The position numbers and the translations under genes are program-made. Shown in pieces: positions 17,019 to 25,610 of a stretch of 64,000 nt of DNA. Numbering within the stretch: the stretch's first letter is position 1; each line of letters starts with the position of its first letter. A model generated the notes under the pieces. That model was not told the DNA's origin. It saw nothing but the letters and a program-made list of their open reading frames with translations, and made no database searches. This DNA comes from an uncultured Candidatus Peribacteria bacterium (GTDB lineage Bacteria > Patescibacteriota > Gracilibacteria > Peribacterales > Peribacteraceae), in the NCBI GenBank assembly GCA_964648045.1, contig CAZYNU010000001.1, forward strand, positions 17,208-81,207, in the 5' to 3' direction.

Positions 17019-19072
17019 TGCCGCGCTCTCTTGTTCTCGGAAACGGCCGCCTCCTCGCGACCTTCGATGCGCGCCTGCAGCTTCGCGACCTCTACTACCC
17101 CTACGTGGGCATGGAGGACCACACCACCTTCGGTAATGCCCACCGCTTGGGCTTCCATGTGCAAGACCGCGGTTTTGCCTGGGTGACCGACCCGAATTGG
17201 AACGTGATGCCCGCCTATCGTCTGGAGACGCTCACGAGCGAATCGCGGCTGGAGCACGCGGAGCTAGGCCTGAAAGTGCGTATTGAAGACAGCGTCCATC
17301 CCGTGCACGACGTGCTCGTGCGCCGCTTCTTCTTGCGTGCCACAACGCCCGGCGACCGGACTGTAAAGGTCTTCGCCCACCACGACTTTCACATTTACGG
17401 CGATAAGCAGAAAGACACGGCTTTCTACGAGCCACACACCAACGCTGTCATTCATTACCGCCAGACACGCTACTTCCTTATTGGCGGCGACTGCAGTCGG
17501 CCGGCCGTGTGTCGCACACCCGCGCGTGGCGAGCAAATCGGCTCCGTGTTGCATAGTATGAACAAATTAAATCGCTGCGGGCTTTCCAGCTTCGCAGTGG
17601 GCAAGAGCAACTACCAGGGCCTGGAAGGGACCTGGCGCGACGCCGAGGACGGCCATCTCTCTGAAAACACCGTGGTGCAGGGTTCGGTGGATTCCTGCGT
17701 GAGTGTAGAGGCAATAGTGAACGATATAGAGGAGACCGAAGTCGCCATCTGGCTCTGCCTAGGGCAGTCCCTCCAAGACGTCGTAGCGCTGCACGAGCGT
17801 GTAATGGACGACACGCCCGAGCGCCTGCAGCGCAATTCCAGTAATTACTGGAAAAGCTGGGTCAACAAGGCCAACCGTGACTTTGGCTCTTTGCCAATGG
17901 AACACGTTGAATTATTTAAACGCAGCCTGCTAACGCTGCGCACGCACGCCGACGACCACGGCGGCATCGTGGCTGCGGCCGACAGCGACATCATGGCCTT
18001 CAACCGCGACACCTACACCTACGTCTGGCCTCGCGACGGCGCCCTAGTGAGCCTCGCCCTGGATCGCGCCGGCTACGGCGAGGTGACCCGCCGCTTCTTC
18101 GATTTCTGCGCCCGTGCGCAAATGCCCGACGGCTATCTGCTGCACAAATTCAACCCGGACGGCTCACTGGGTTCCACCTGGCACCCGTGGTTCCGCGACG
18201 GCGAGACGCAGCTGCCCATTCAAGAGGACGAAACGGCTCTGCCGATCGTCGCCCTTTGGAATCATTTCCAGGAAACCCAAGACTTCGAATTCTTACAGGG
18301 AATGTATGAGCGCTTCGTGAAGAAGGCCGCTAGTTTCCTCTGCGCCTTCCGCGAAACCGAAACCGGTCTGCCTATGCTCAGTTACGACCTGTGGGAGGAG
18401 CACAAAGGCATCTTCTCCTACACCGTCGCCACCGTCATCGCCGGCTTGCACGCGGCTGCGCAGATTGCGCAGATTCTAGGCCACACGCACCACTCACACG
18501 ACTATCAAGAGGCCGCCGACGCCATGCGCCAAGCGCTGGTCTTTCACCTGTACGACGAAAAGGAAGGTCGCTTCCTCAAAAAGATCAAGCGTAAGGACGG
18601 CGAGACGACCGAACGCGACGCCACCGTGGACGCCTCCATCGCGATGATCTGGCGCCTTGGGGTATTGCCCACAGACGACCCGCGCGTCGTCTCCACGATG
18701 CAACAACTCGAGAAGCACCTGACGGTTCGTACGAGCGTGGGAGGCTTAGCGCGCTATACCAACGATTACTACCACACGGTCGTCCCACCCACTGCCGACA
18801 TTCCCGGCAACCCCTGGATCATCACCACCCTGTGGCTCACGCAGTGGAAAATCGCCCGCGCACAGACGCCTGCAGACTTAGCCGCCACCCGCAGCGGGCT
18901 GGACTGGGCCCTTCGCTGCACTGGACCGGCCGGCCTACTGCCCGAGCAGGTCCACCCGCAGACCGGCGCACCTTTGTCGGTCAGCCCTCTGGCATGGAGC
19001 CACGCCGCTTACGTAGACACCGTCCTGGACTATGTGGAGCGCGAACGCCAGATTCTCGGGCGGACCAATTGA
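17018..19072 (+). CDS. Glycoside hydrolase family 15 (glucoamylase/glucodextranase-like)
   Basis: The start is trimmed to MPRSLVLGNGRLLATFD. YVWPRDGA and SYDLWEE motifs are present. The start shares 1 nt with the GH57 stop. Confidence 0.85.
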   Translation: MPRSLVLGNGRLLATFDARLQLRDLYYPYVGMEDHTTFGNAHRLGFHVQDRGFAWVTDPNWNVMPAYRLETLTSESRLEHAELGLKVRIEDSVHPVHDVLVRRFFLRATTPGDRTVKVFAHHDFHIYGDKQKDTAFYEPHTNAVIHYRQTRYFLIGGDCSRPAVCRTPARGEQIGSVLHSMNKLNRCGLSSFAVGKSNYQGLEGTWRDAEDGHLSENTVVQGSVDSCVSVEAIVNDIEETEVAIWLCLGQSLQDVVALHERVMDDTPERLQRNSSNYWKSWVNKANRDFGSLPMEHVELFKRSLLTLRTHADDHGGIVAAADSDIMAFNRDTYTYVWPRDGALVSLALDRAGYGEVTRRFFDFCARAQMPDGYLLHKFNPDGSLGSTWHPWFRDGETQLPIQEDETALPIVALWNHFQETQDFEFLQGMYERFVKKAASFLCAFRETETGLPMLSYDLWEEHKGIFSYTVATVIAGLHAAAQIAQILGHTHHSHDYQEAADAMRQALVFHLYDEKEGRFLKKIKRKDGETTERDATVDASIAMIWRLGVLPTDDPRVVSTMQQLEKHLTVRTSVGGLARYTNDYYHTVVPPTADIPGNPWIITTLWLTQWKIARAQTPADLAATRSGLDWALRCTGPAGLLPEQVHPQTGAPLSVSPLAWSHAAYVDTVLDYVERERQILGRTN

Positions 19073-19146
19073 TCACCTGCGCCAACCCGAAATTGACCCA
19101 CTGACCAGCTGCGCCAATCGCGGGACAAGCGTACACTTTCCTCCTG

Positions 19147-19845
19147 ATGGCCCCCTCCAAACTCCGCCACCAGGTTGAACGCACGCGCAATAAGCACTCG
19201 CGCGCCGTCATTGTGGACGGAACGGTGGTGATCCGTCTGGCCAAGAACCTGAGCAAACGAGAAGAGGAGAGACATATCGACGAACTTCTTAAGCGCATGA
19301 GTGTTATTGTGGCGCGTGAATCGAAAAAAACGATTGTCCACCCATTCCGCCGCCTTCTCGAAGGACACAGCCAGGAAACGATCCACCTGGCCAACGGCCG
19401 CACCCTGCACATCACCCTGCGTGCCGCCTCGCGCACGCGCGTATGCGCCGACAGCGAGCAGTGGACGGTGGACGTTGGCCCTATGCTGCGCACTGCGCCG
19501 TTTCACCGCTTACTATGGAAGACCGTGAGCCGGCAGGAGCTGGCGCGCATCGAAACGCTCGTGCATAACCTGAACGCACAGACCTTGCGCGTGCCCGTGA
19601 GCGCCGTTCGCCTGGGATTCGCCTCGTCGCAGTGGGGCAGTTGCTCCAGTCGCGGCGTCATCATGCTCAATACCGCCCTACTGTTCGTTCCTGAGCGCCT
19701 GTTGGAATACGTTATTGTGCACGAATTAGCCCACCGTATTGAACAAGGACACGACGCGCGTTTCTGGTCCGTGGTGGAACGTGCCTGCCCCGACTACCAG
19801 GCGCGAATGGCCGAGTTGAAGCGCTTTCGATTGCCACGACCCTAA
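19147..19845 (+). CDS. YgjP/DUF45-type (M48-like) metallopeptidase
   Basis: 232 aa. C-terminal VIVHELAHRIEQGHDARFW zinc-binding motif. TACACT (19132-19137) lies 9 nt before the ATG. Confidence 0.75.
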   Translation: MAPSKLRHQVERTRNKHSRAVIVDGTVVIRLAKNLSKREEERHIDELLKRMSVIVARESKKTIVHPFRRLLEGHSQETIHLANGRTLHITLRAASRTRVCADSEQWTVDVGPMLRTAPFHRLLWKTVSRQELARIETLVHNLNAQTLRVPVSAVRLGFASSQWGSCSSRGVIMLNTALLFVPERLLEYVIVHELAHRIEQGHDARFWSVVERACPDYQARMAELKRFRLPRP

Positions 19846-19849
19846 GGGT

Positions 19850-20452
19850 TCACGTCCGACTCCATGTCACCTGGTCCCAGAGGGGATATCCCACCTCCTG
19901 CAACAAACTCCCAAGCACGTAGACCGGCAGGCCAACGACACTCGTAAAGTCGCCCTCGATCTTGCGAATGAGCAGCTGGCAACGCCCCTCAATTTGAAAG
20001 GCGCCCGCGCATCCTTCCCAACCTCCGTGTGCGATCCACCACGCCACCATCTCGTCCGACAGTGGCGCAAAGGTGACGGCAGTCGTACACAAGCCAACGG
20101 CAGCTTGTCCGTTACGAATGACACAAATGCCAGAATGGCAGTGCGCCTGGCGGCCGCTCAACAGCCGAATCATGCGCTCGGCATCGGCCGCGTCAATCGG
20201 CTTTTCGAGCAGGTGTCCATCGGCCGTCTCTACCACTGAATCACACCCAATCACGGTATCGTGCGGATGACGCGTGGCCACGTCTTCGGCCTTCAGTCGG
20301 GCAAGTTGCCGAGCGCGAACGGACGGCACTTGTTCGGGGTGAGCCGGCTCATCTACGGTGCTGGGCGAGACCTCGAATGGCAATCCCAGACGTCGAAAAA
20401 TCATGGCGCGACCAGGGCTGCTAGAACCGAGAATAAGGCGTTCGGTAGACAT
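19850..20452 (-). CDS. maf: Maf-like nucleoside triphosphate pyrophosphatase
   Basis: 200 aa. LILGSSSPGRAMIFRRLGLPFEV and overall Maf family pattern. Confidence 0.85.
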   Translation of the reverse strand: MSTERLILGSSSPGRAMIFRRLGLPFEVSPSTVDEPAHPEQVPSVRARQLARLKAEDVATRHPHDTVIGCDSVVETADGHLLEKPIDAADAERMIRLLSGRQAHCHSGICVIRNGQAAVGLCTTAVTFAPLSDEMVAWWIAHGGWEGCAGAFQIEGRCQLLIRKIEGDFTSVVGLPVYVLGSLLQEVGYPLWDQVTWSRT

Positions 20453-20455
20453 GGT

Positions 20456-21418
20456 TTAGCGAAGGCCAACGGCCCGGCGGACACGCCCCATGGTGGCCCG
20501 AGCCACAACCGACGCCTTGGCGGCACCGGCACTGGCCACGTCATCCAATGCCGATTGATCTTTCGCCAAAGCCTCGCGCTTGGCACGCAGAGGGGACGAG
20601 AAGTCGATATATGTCTGGAGTAAACGCTTCTTCGCGTCGCCGTACGGCAGACCGTTGCGATATTCGGCAGCCAGTGCCGTCGCTTCGGCCTCAGCCAGGA
20701 AGAGGCGATGAATCTGGAAAATAGGACTGGTGTCGGGATCCTTTGGGTCATGCATGCCGCGACTGTCGGTGACAATGCCCATGATCGCCTTCTTCACGGC
20801 GGCTTCGGCACCGAAGAGCGGGATGGTATTGCCATAGCTCTTGCTCATCTTCTGGCCATCGGTACCGGGCACCACGGCTGCCGTCTCACGAATGTAAGGC
20901 TCTGGTAGCACAAGAATATCGCCGTATTGGTGATTGAATTTCGCAGCGATATCGCGCGTCATTTCCACGTGCTGTTTCTGGTCTTTACCCACCGGAACCA
21001 GGCCAGCATCGTAGAGCAGAATGTCGGCCGCCATGAGTACCGGATAGGTAAACAGGCCCACGCTCGGCGCAATCCCCTTCTCCACCTTGTCCTTATAAGA
21101 AACGGCCCGCTCCAAAAGGCCCATCGGGGTGAGAGTGGCCAAGATCCAGGCTAACTCCGTGTGCTCGGCAATGTCGGACTGAAAATACAACACCGCCTTA
21201 TCCGGATCAAAACCGCAGGCGAGGTAGTCGAGCAGCACGTCGCGGCGGTACTGCCGCAGCGCCTCGGGGTCCTGCACCGTCGTGAGGGCATGTAGGTCAG
21301 CGATGAAGTAGAAGCTCTCTTCGGCCTTCCCGAGCCACTCCAGGTTCGGCTTGATGGAACCGAAGTAATTGCCCAGATGGAGGGTGCCGGAGGGCTGGAT
21401 TCCCGAGAGAACGCGCAT
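20456..21418 (-). CDS. trpS: Tryptophan--tRNA ligase
   Basis: 320 aa. MRVLSGIQPSGTLHLGNYFG (HIGH region) and KMSKS. Confidence 0.95.
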   Translation of the reverse strand: MRVLSGIQPSGTLHLGNYFGSIKPNLEWLGKAEESFYFIADLHALTTVQDPEALRQYRRDVLLDYLACGFDPDKAVLYFQSDIAEHTELAWILATLTPMGLLERAVSYKDKVEKGIAPSVGLFTYPVLMAADILLYDAGLVPVGKDQKQHVEMTRDIAAKFNHQYGDILVLPEPYIRETAAVVPGTDGQKMSKSYGNTIPLFGAEAAVKKAIMGIVTDSRGMHDPKDPDTSPIFQIHRLFLAEAEATALAAEYRNGLPYGDAKKRLLQTYIDFSSPLRAKREALAKDQSALDDVASAGAAKASVVARATMGRVRRAVGLR

Positions 21419-21427
21419 GGGAAGATC

Positions 21428-22117
21428 TTAGCGAGTGCCACGCTTCTTCGGTAGGCGCTCTCCACCTCGACGAAAACGCTCCAGCGCTTCCAGGTAGGCC
21501 TTAGGCAACGGCGAGGTGATGGCAATCTTCTCACCTGTGATGGGATGTGGAAATTCAACGCGCAACGCGTGCAGAAAGAAGCGCCGAAATCCGTAACGCT
21601 TTGTGAATGAGATATTCGTCTTCTTGTCGCCATAGAGCGGGTCGAGCGCCAAGGCATGGCGTATGGACGCGAAATGGCGACGAACCTGATGGTGACGGCC
21701 TTTTTCAAAACGAGCCTCCACATCGGTGCAGTCGGCGAATTTCTCCACTACTTGGTAGCTCGTCTCGGCATTGAGCAACGTACCAGCCTCATGTCCGGCC
21801 AATTTCGCCTTGATGACGCCCGAACTCGTCAGCATCTTTCCGCTCACAATGGCCCGGTAGATCTTGGTCCAGCCAGCGAATTTAGAGGTGACAACGGCCT
21901 CAAGAGCCTCTTTGCGACGAGCAAAAAGAAGTACGCCTGACGTCTCAAAATCGAGACGATGGATGGGGCGGAGACCAGGCTCATCTTTGCGCAAAAAATC
22001 GAGTAGTGGCAATTTTCCTACCTCACCACGACCGCGTACCACGAGCTCTTCGGGGAGCTTGTGGACGGCGAGGAGGTAGTCGTCGCGGTACAGGACACGT
22101 CCTGGGTTGATAGGCAT
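21428..22117 (-). CDS. RluA-family pseudouridine synthase
   Basis: The start is trimmed to MPINPGRVLYRDDYLLAV. HRLDFETSGVLLFA is the catalytic Asp motif, and GRHHQVRRH is present. Confidence 0.85.
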   Translation of the reverse strand: MPINPGRVLYRDDYLLAVHKLPEELVVRGRGEVGKLPLLDFLRKDEPGLRPIHRLDFETSGVLLFARRKEALEAVVTSKFAGWTKIYRAIVSGKMLTSSGVIKAKLAGHEAGTLLNAETSYQVVEKFADCTDVEARFEKGRHHQVRRHFASIRHALALDPLYGDKKTNISFTKRYGFRRFFLHALRVEFPHPITGEKIAITSPLPKAYLEALERFRRGGERLPKKRGTR

Positions 22118-22183
22118 CGACCTGAGTATACAGCAGAAACGGCATTGCCAGGCCGAACATGAGCATTGCAAGGGGGAGCATAC

Positions 22184-22444
22184 TTAGCGGCTGACACGGA
22201 TAGAGGTGAAGTAATACGGCGTGCGAACCGTCACCCGATGGCCAAGCGACTGGATTTGCTGACGCAAGGAGCGCAACTTTTGACGAGCAGGCAGGCGCAC
22301 AGCAACCTGAGCACGAGGCTGAGCCTTCAGCCAGTCGAGTAGAGCCGGGCCGCGATGCACGAACAGATCGTCTGACCAGCGGGTGCAATCGACAGTGCCA
22401 GGGACGAGAGCGGGAGCAGAGAGGATAGCGGGGGTCATGGCCAT
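22184..22444 (-). CDS. Hypothetical small protein
   Basis: 86-aa ORF from MAMTPAILS with no recognisable motif. It is preceded by a GTGTAC-GTGC-GTACAC inverted repeat. Confidence 0.4.
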   Translation of the reverse strand: MAMTPAILSAPALVPGTVDCTRWSDDLFVHRGPALLDWLKAQPRAQVAVRLPARQKLRSLRQQIQSLGHRVTVRTPYYFTSIRVSR

Positions 22445-22565
22445 AAGTGTACGCACGTACACCTTTCGGTCAATACAGCTGTCGAGGCCGATATTTCAAG
22501 ATCCCTCTAAGGAAAAACCATATGAGCGGCAAACAGCATATGGTGTACATTCATTCACCTATCGC

Positions 22566-22586
22566 AAAAAGACCACTCACGTGGCC
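22566..22586 (-). terminator. Intrinsic terminator (better formed on the minus strand)
   Basis: On the minus strand: GGCCAC-GTGA-GTGGTC (one G-U) followed by TTTTT. On the plus strand the same stem has an A-C mismatch. Confidence 0.55.
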
Positions 22587-23247
22587 TTTTTGTGTTTGTT
22601 TGCCGTCTCTCCTGAGGCGACAGTGACGTTTGCGGTCACCTAGCCTGTGAACGGAAAGGGGCGGAGGCGAGGGGGCCTCAGTTCTCTGCCGCGCTCTGGT
22701 CTCTTGTTTCTCCTCGTGACCCGACGAAGTCCCCGGACCGGTCTGCTGCAAAAGTCCAAAGAGGACGAGTGAGAGACACTGGGGAGGAAGGGAGTTCGCT
22801 GGAAAGGAACCCTCGGTCTTTCCAACGGTATTGCGGAGCAGAGAGGACTGTGGCCACGCTGGGAGCAAGGACGGTCGCTAGACCCAGGTGTGTTGCAAAG
22901 TGGATTTGCTGATGTGTGGCCGGGAGGAACGTTTGCGATGCATGACCACGGTCCTCTCTACGATTGTGATGGTTGGTGATGTGAAGGGGCGGGGGGGGTC
23001 GTCTTGGTAGTGGGGGCAGGGCCCTGCCCCGGTCACCAAGCTTCTTCCTTCCGTATGTGTGTGAACTGTTTGTGTGTGACTTGTTCTGGGTTCCGACTCC
23101 GAACAAATCATGTCAATGTACGGGGACATCTTCGGAACGGCAATGATTGGGTCTGGCTCCAAGACCCAGAATATTGGGATGTATGCAAAAAGTGTTCGTT
23201 TTTGGCTAACTAGAGGGCAGGCAAAAACAGCGCCTTTTACACTTCTT

Positions 23248-24552
23248 TCAGAGCGTCGGTACGCCCGGCACCGGGAATGGCCGGCAAAAGGCCGTAACGT
23301 CAGCGTGGAGTTTCTTGAGCGCGTCGGCATCTCCCCGCTTCTCGATGGCCTGGCAGATGAAGTCGGCGAGCGTCTTCATGTCGCCCTCCTTCATGCCACG
23401 CGTGGTGATGGCCGGCGTGCCGATGCGAAGGCCGCTTGGCTTGTAGGGTGGGAGTGGATCGTCGGGGATGGTGCTCTTGCTGGCGGTGATACCCGCCAGG
23501 TCGAGGACTTGGTCGGCCTCCGAGCCATCGATCTGCCAGCTCTTCATGCAATCGACGACCATCAGGTGGTTGTCGGTGCCACCAGTGACCAAACTGCAAC
23601 CGCGCTCCATGAGTGAATCGGCCAACTGCTTGGCGTTCTTGATGACCTGCTGCGCGTAGGCCTGGAAGGCGGGCTGGCTAGCCTCCAGCAACGCCACAGC
23701 AATGGCCGCCGTCTGGTGCATATGCGGGCCGCCCTGGAAGCCAGGAAAGACACTGCGATCGATGAGCGTGGGGAGATTTTCAATCGTCTTCTCGGGCGCT
23801 TTCAGGGGATTTCCCACGGTGCCCTTGCTGAGAATCATCGCACCACGCGGGCCACGAAGTGTCTTGTGCGTTGTGGTCGTCATAATCTGAAACCCGTCAT
23901 CAAGGGGGTTTCGCAGCGCCTTACCGGCGATAAGGCCGGCAATGTGTGCCATGTCGGCCATGGCCACCGCTCCCACCTCGTCGGCGATCGATTGAATGAT
24001 GGCGAAATCGAGCTGACGCGGATACGCCGAGAAACCCGCCAGAATGATCTTGGGACGCTCCTTCTTGGCCGTCTCGCGAAGCGCATCGTAGTCGATACGG
24101 CCGGTGGCCACATCGGCGATGCCGTACCGCACGAAGCGATAGAGCTTACTCATGTACGTCACGGGGCTGCCGTGTGTAAGGTGACCACCGTGGCTTAGAT
24201 CCATGCCGAGCACCGTGTCACCCGGCTCCAGCCAGGCAAAATACGTGGCGATGTTGGCAGCAGCGCCAGAGAGCGGCTGCACGTTGGCATGGTCGGACCC
24301 GAAGAGCGCTTTTGCGCGGTCGATCGCCAGCTGCTCCACGGTATCGGTGAATTCTTGGCCGGCGTAATAGCGCCGACCCGGATACCCCTCAGAGTACTTA
24401 TTCGTAAAGATCGTGCCCAACGTCTCTAGCACCGCTTCGGAAACATAGTTCTCCGACGCGATCAATTCCACGCCGTCCCGCTGCCGGCCCATCTCGCCCG
24501 TAAGGGCGGCGAACACGGCGGGATCGGTCTGCTGGAGGTGAAGGAAAGACAT
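23248..24552 (-). CDS. glyA: Serine hydroxymethyltransferase
   Basis: 434 aa. LIASENY, the TTTTHKTLRGPRG PLP-lysine motif, and overall SHMT pattern. Confidence 0.95.
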   Translation of the reverse strand: MSFLHLQQTDPAVFAALTGEMGRQRDGVELIASENYVSEAVLETLGTIFTNKYSEGYPGRRYYAGQEFTDTVEQLAIDRAKALFGSDHANVQPLSGAAANIATYFAWLEPGDTVLGMDLSHGGHLTHGSPVTYMSKLYRFVRYGIADVATGRIDYDALRETAKKERPKIILAGFSAYPRQLDFAIIQSIADEVGAVAMADMAHIAGLIAGKALRNPLDDGFQIMTTTTHKTLRGPRGAMILSKGTVGNPLKAPEKTIENLPTLIDRSVFPGFQGGPHMHQTAAIAVALLEASQPAFQAYAQQVIKNAKQLADSLMERGCSLVTGGTDNHLMVVDCMKSWQIDGSEADQVLDLAGITASKSTIPDDPLPPYKPSGLRIGTPAITTRGMKEGDMKTLADFICQAIEKRGDADALKKLHADVTAFCRPFPVPGVPTL

Positions 24553-24603
24553 GAGTGGAAGAGTACCTGAGTCTGTTGGTGGGTTCCAAAATTAGAGATA
24601 TGC

Positions 24604-24867
24604 CACCTTTTGCAGCGCGCAAAAGGTGTCGCCAAAACTCTGGCGCGCGCCCACACCGTTGCCAAAGACGCCACCGTGCGCCGGGGGCGAAGAGCGAGGT
24701 ACGTATCAGGCAAGCGGAATGAGAACGTGGAGCGTTGGCGCGACGCGCTTTCATGCTCCCAGAGACAAACTCTTGAGCCCAAGTCCCGAAGGGGCGAGAG
24801 GCGAAAGGCTTGGCTCGCAGTCCCTTTCGAGAGTCACTTCTTTGTGCGCGACAAAGAAGTGCCAACC
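24604..24867. repeat. Intergenic repeat modules, locus A (upstream of glyA)
   Basis: Contains a hairpin at 24604-24628. Block 24661-24691 is 29/31 identical to the reverse complement of 60678-60708. Block 24729-24744 resembles 60894-60912. There is an 11-bp perfect hairpin at 24835-24861 (CACTTCTTTGT / ACAAAGAAGTG) and the core GACAAAGAAGTGCCAACC at 24850-24867. Confidence 0.7.
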
Positions 24868-24879
24868 GTCTGATTCCAC

Positions 24880-24906
24880 AAAAAAAGAGAGCCGAAGCCC
24901 TCTCTT
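24880..24906 (-). terminator. Intrinsic terminator of the DsbA-like gene
   Basis: On the minus strand: AGAGAGGGC-TTCG-GCTCTCTTT stem (two G-U) running into a T-run, about 20 nt after the stop at 24926. Confidence 0.6.
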
Positions 24907-24925
24907 CTTAGACGAGAGACGTGGA

Positions 24926-25525
24926 TCAGAGCTTCGATCCAACTTTGGACAACGCCTCAGCCACAGCCTTATCGAGCGTCGTACCATCCTGGATGACGAT
25001 CTTCTGACCGTTCACGAAGAACGTCGGAGTGGAATCCACGCCCAGCTTGAGCCCTTCCCGGTAATCGGCATCGACCACGTCTTCCTTAATGCCCGAGCGA
25101 AGGCAACGATCGAAAATGTCGGTATCGAGATTGAACTGCTGGGCCCATTCAACGAAGGGCCGACCGGACAGCTCATCCTGGTGCTCGTAGACCCAATCAA
25201 TCCACTCCCAATACTTTCCCTGGTCAGCCGCGCACTCGGCGGCCTGCGCGGCCTGGTAGGCATAGCGATGAATCGACTGCAGTGGGAAATGCTTAAATTC
25301 GAAGCGAATCTGCTTGCCGTATTTCGCTATCAGCGGCTTTACCACCTGCGCCGTGACGGTCTTGCAAGCCGGACACTCCAGATCGGCGAATTCGGTGACG
25401 ACTACGCCCGCGTTCTCGGCAGTGGCAGGGTGTGGCAGGGCCGACGACTCAGCCGAAATGCCCGTCGTGTCGACGAAGCAGGCCGAGAGCAAGAGCGCAG
25501 GAACGAGGAGAAGGAGACGACGCAT
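24926..25525 (-). CDS. DsbA/BdbD-type thiol:disulfide oxidoreductase lipoprotein
   Basis: 199 aa. Signal MRRLLLLVPALLLSAC (lipobox) and the FADLECPACK thioredoxin-fold active site. Confidence 0.8.
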   Translation of the reverse strand: MRRLLLLVPALLLSACFVDTTGISAESSALPHPATAENAGVVVTEFADLECPACKTVTAQVVKPLIAKYGKQIRFEFKHFPLQSIHRYAYQAAQAAECAADQGKYWEWIDWVYEHQDELSGRPFVEWAQQFNLDTDIFDRCLRSGIKEDVVDADYREGLKLGVDSTPTFFVNGQKIVIQDGTTLDKAVAEALSKVGSKL

Positions 25526-25610
25526 AGTAGGGGCATTCTGTGAGTTCCGAAGAGAAAAGACAAGGGCGCGATATGGGCGGCGTGGCGGGCGACTGCTACC
25601 CTAGGCGTCG

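Noticed and set aside
22445-23247. RNase P RNA, tmRNA or SRP RNA in the ORF-poor region
   Set aside because: I looked on both strands for GGAAAGUCCGGGC / ACAGAACCCGGCUUA (RNase P), a GGGG...UUCGA 5-prime end with a T-arm-plus-CCA 3-prime end and an alanine-ending tag (tmRNA), and GGUCCGGAAGGAAGCAGCC (SRP). Only weak partial resemblances turned up, such as GGAAGGAAGAAGC and GGGAGCAAGG. I make no family call.
24553-24880. A riboswitch (ZTP/pfl, THF, glycine, T-box) in the long glyA upstream region
   Set aside because: I found no conserved cores (for example CCGCCUGGGC for ZTP). Much of the region consists of modules shared with the tRNA-Ala upstream spacer, which argues against a gene-specific riboswitch. 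A -10-like TACTCT also sits 7 nt before the glyA ATG.
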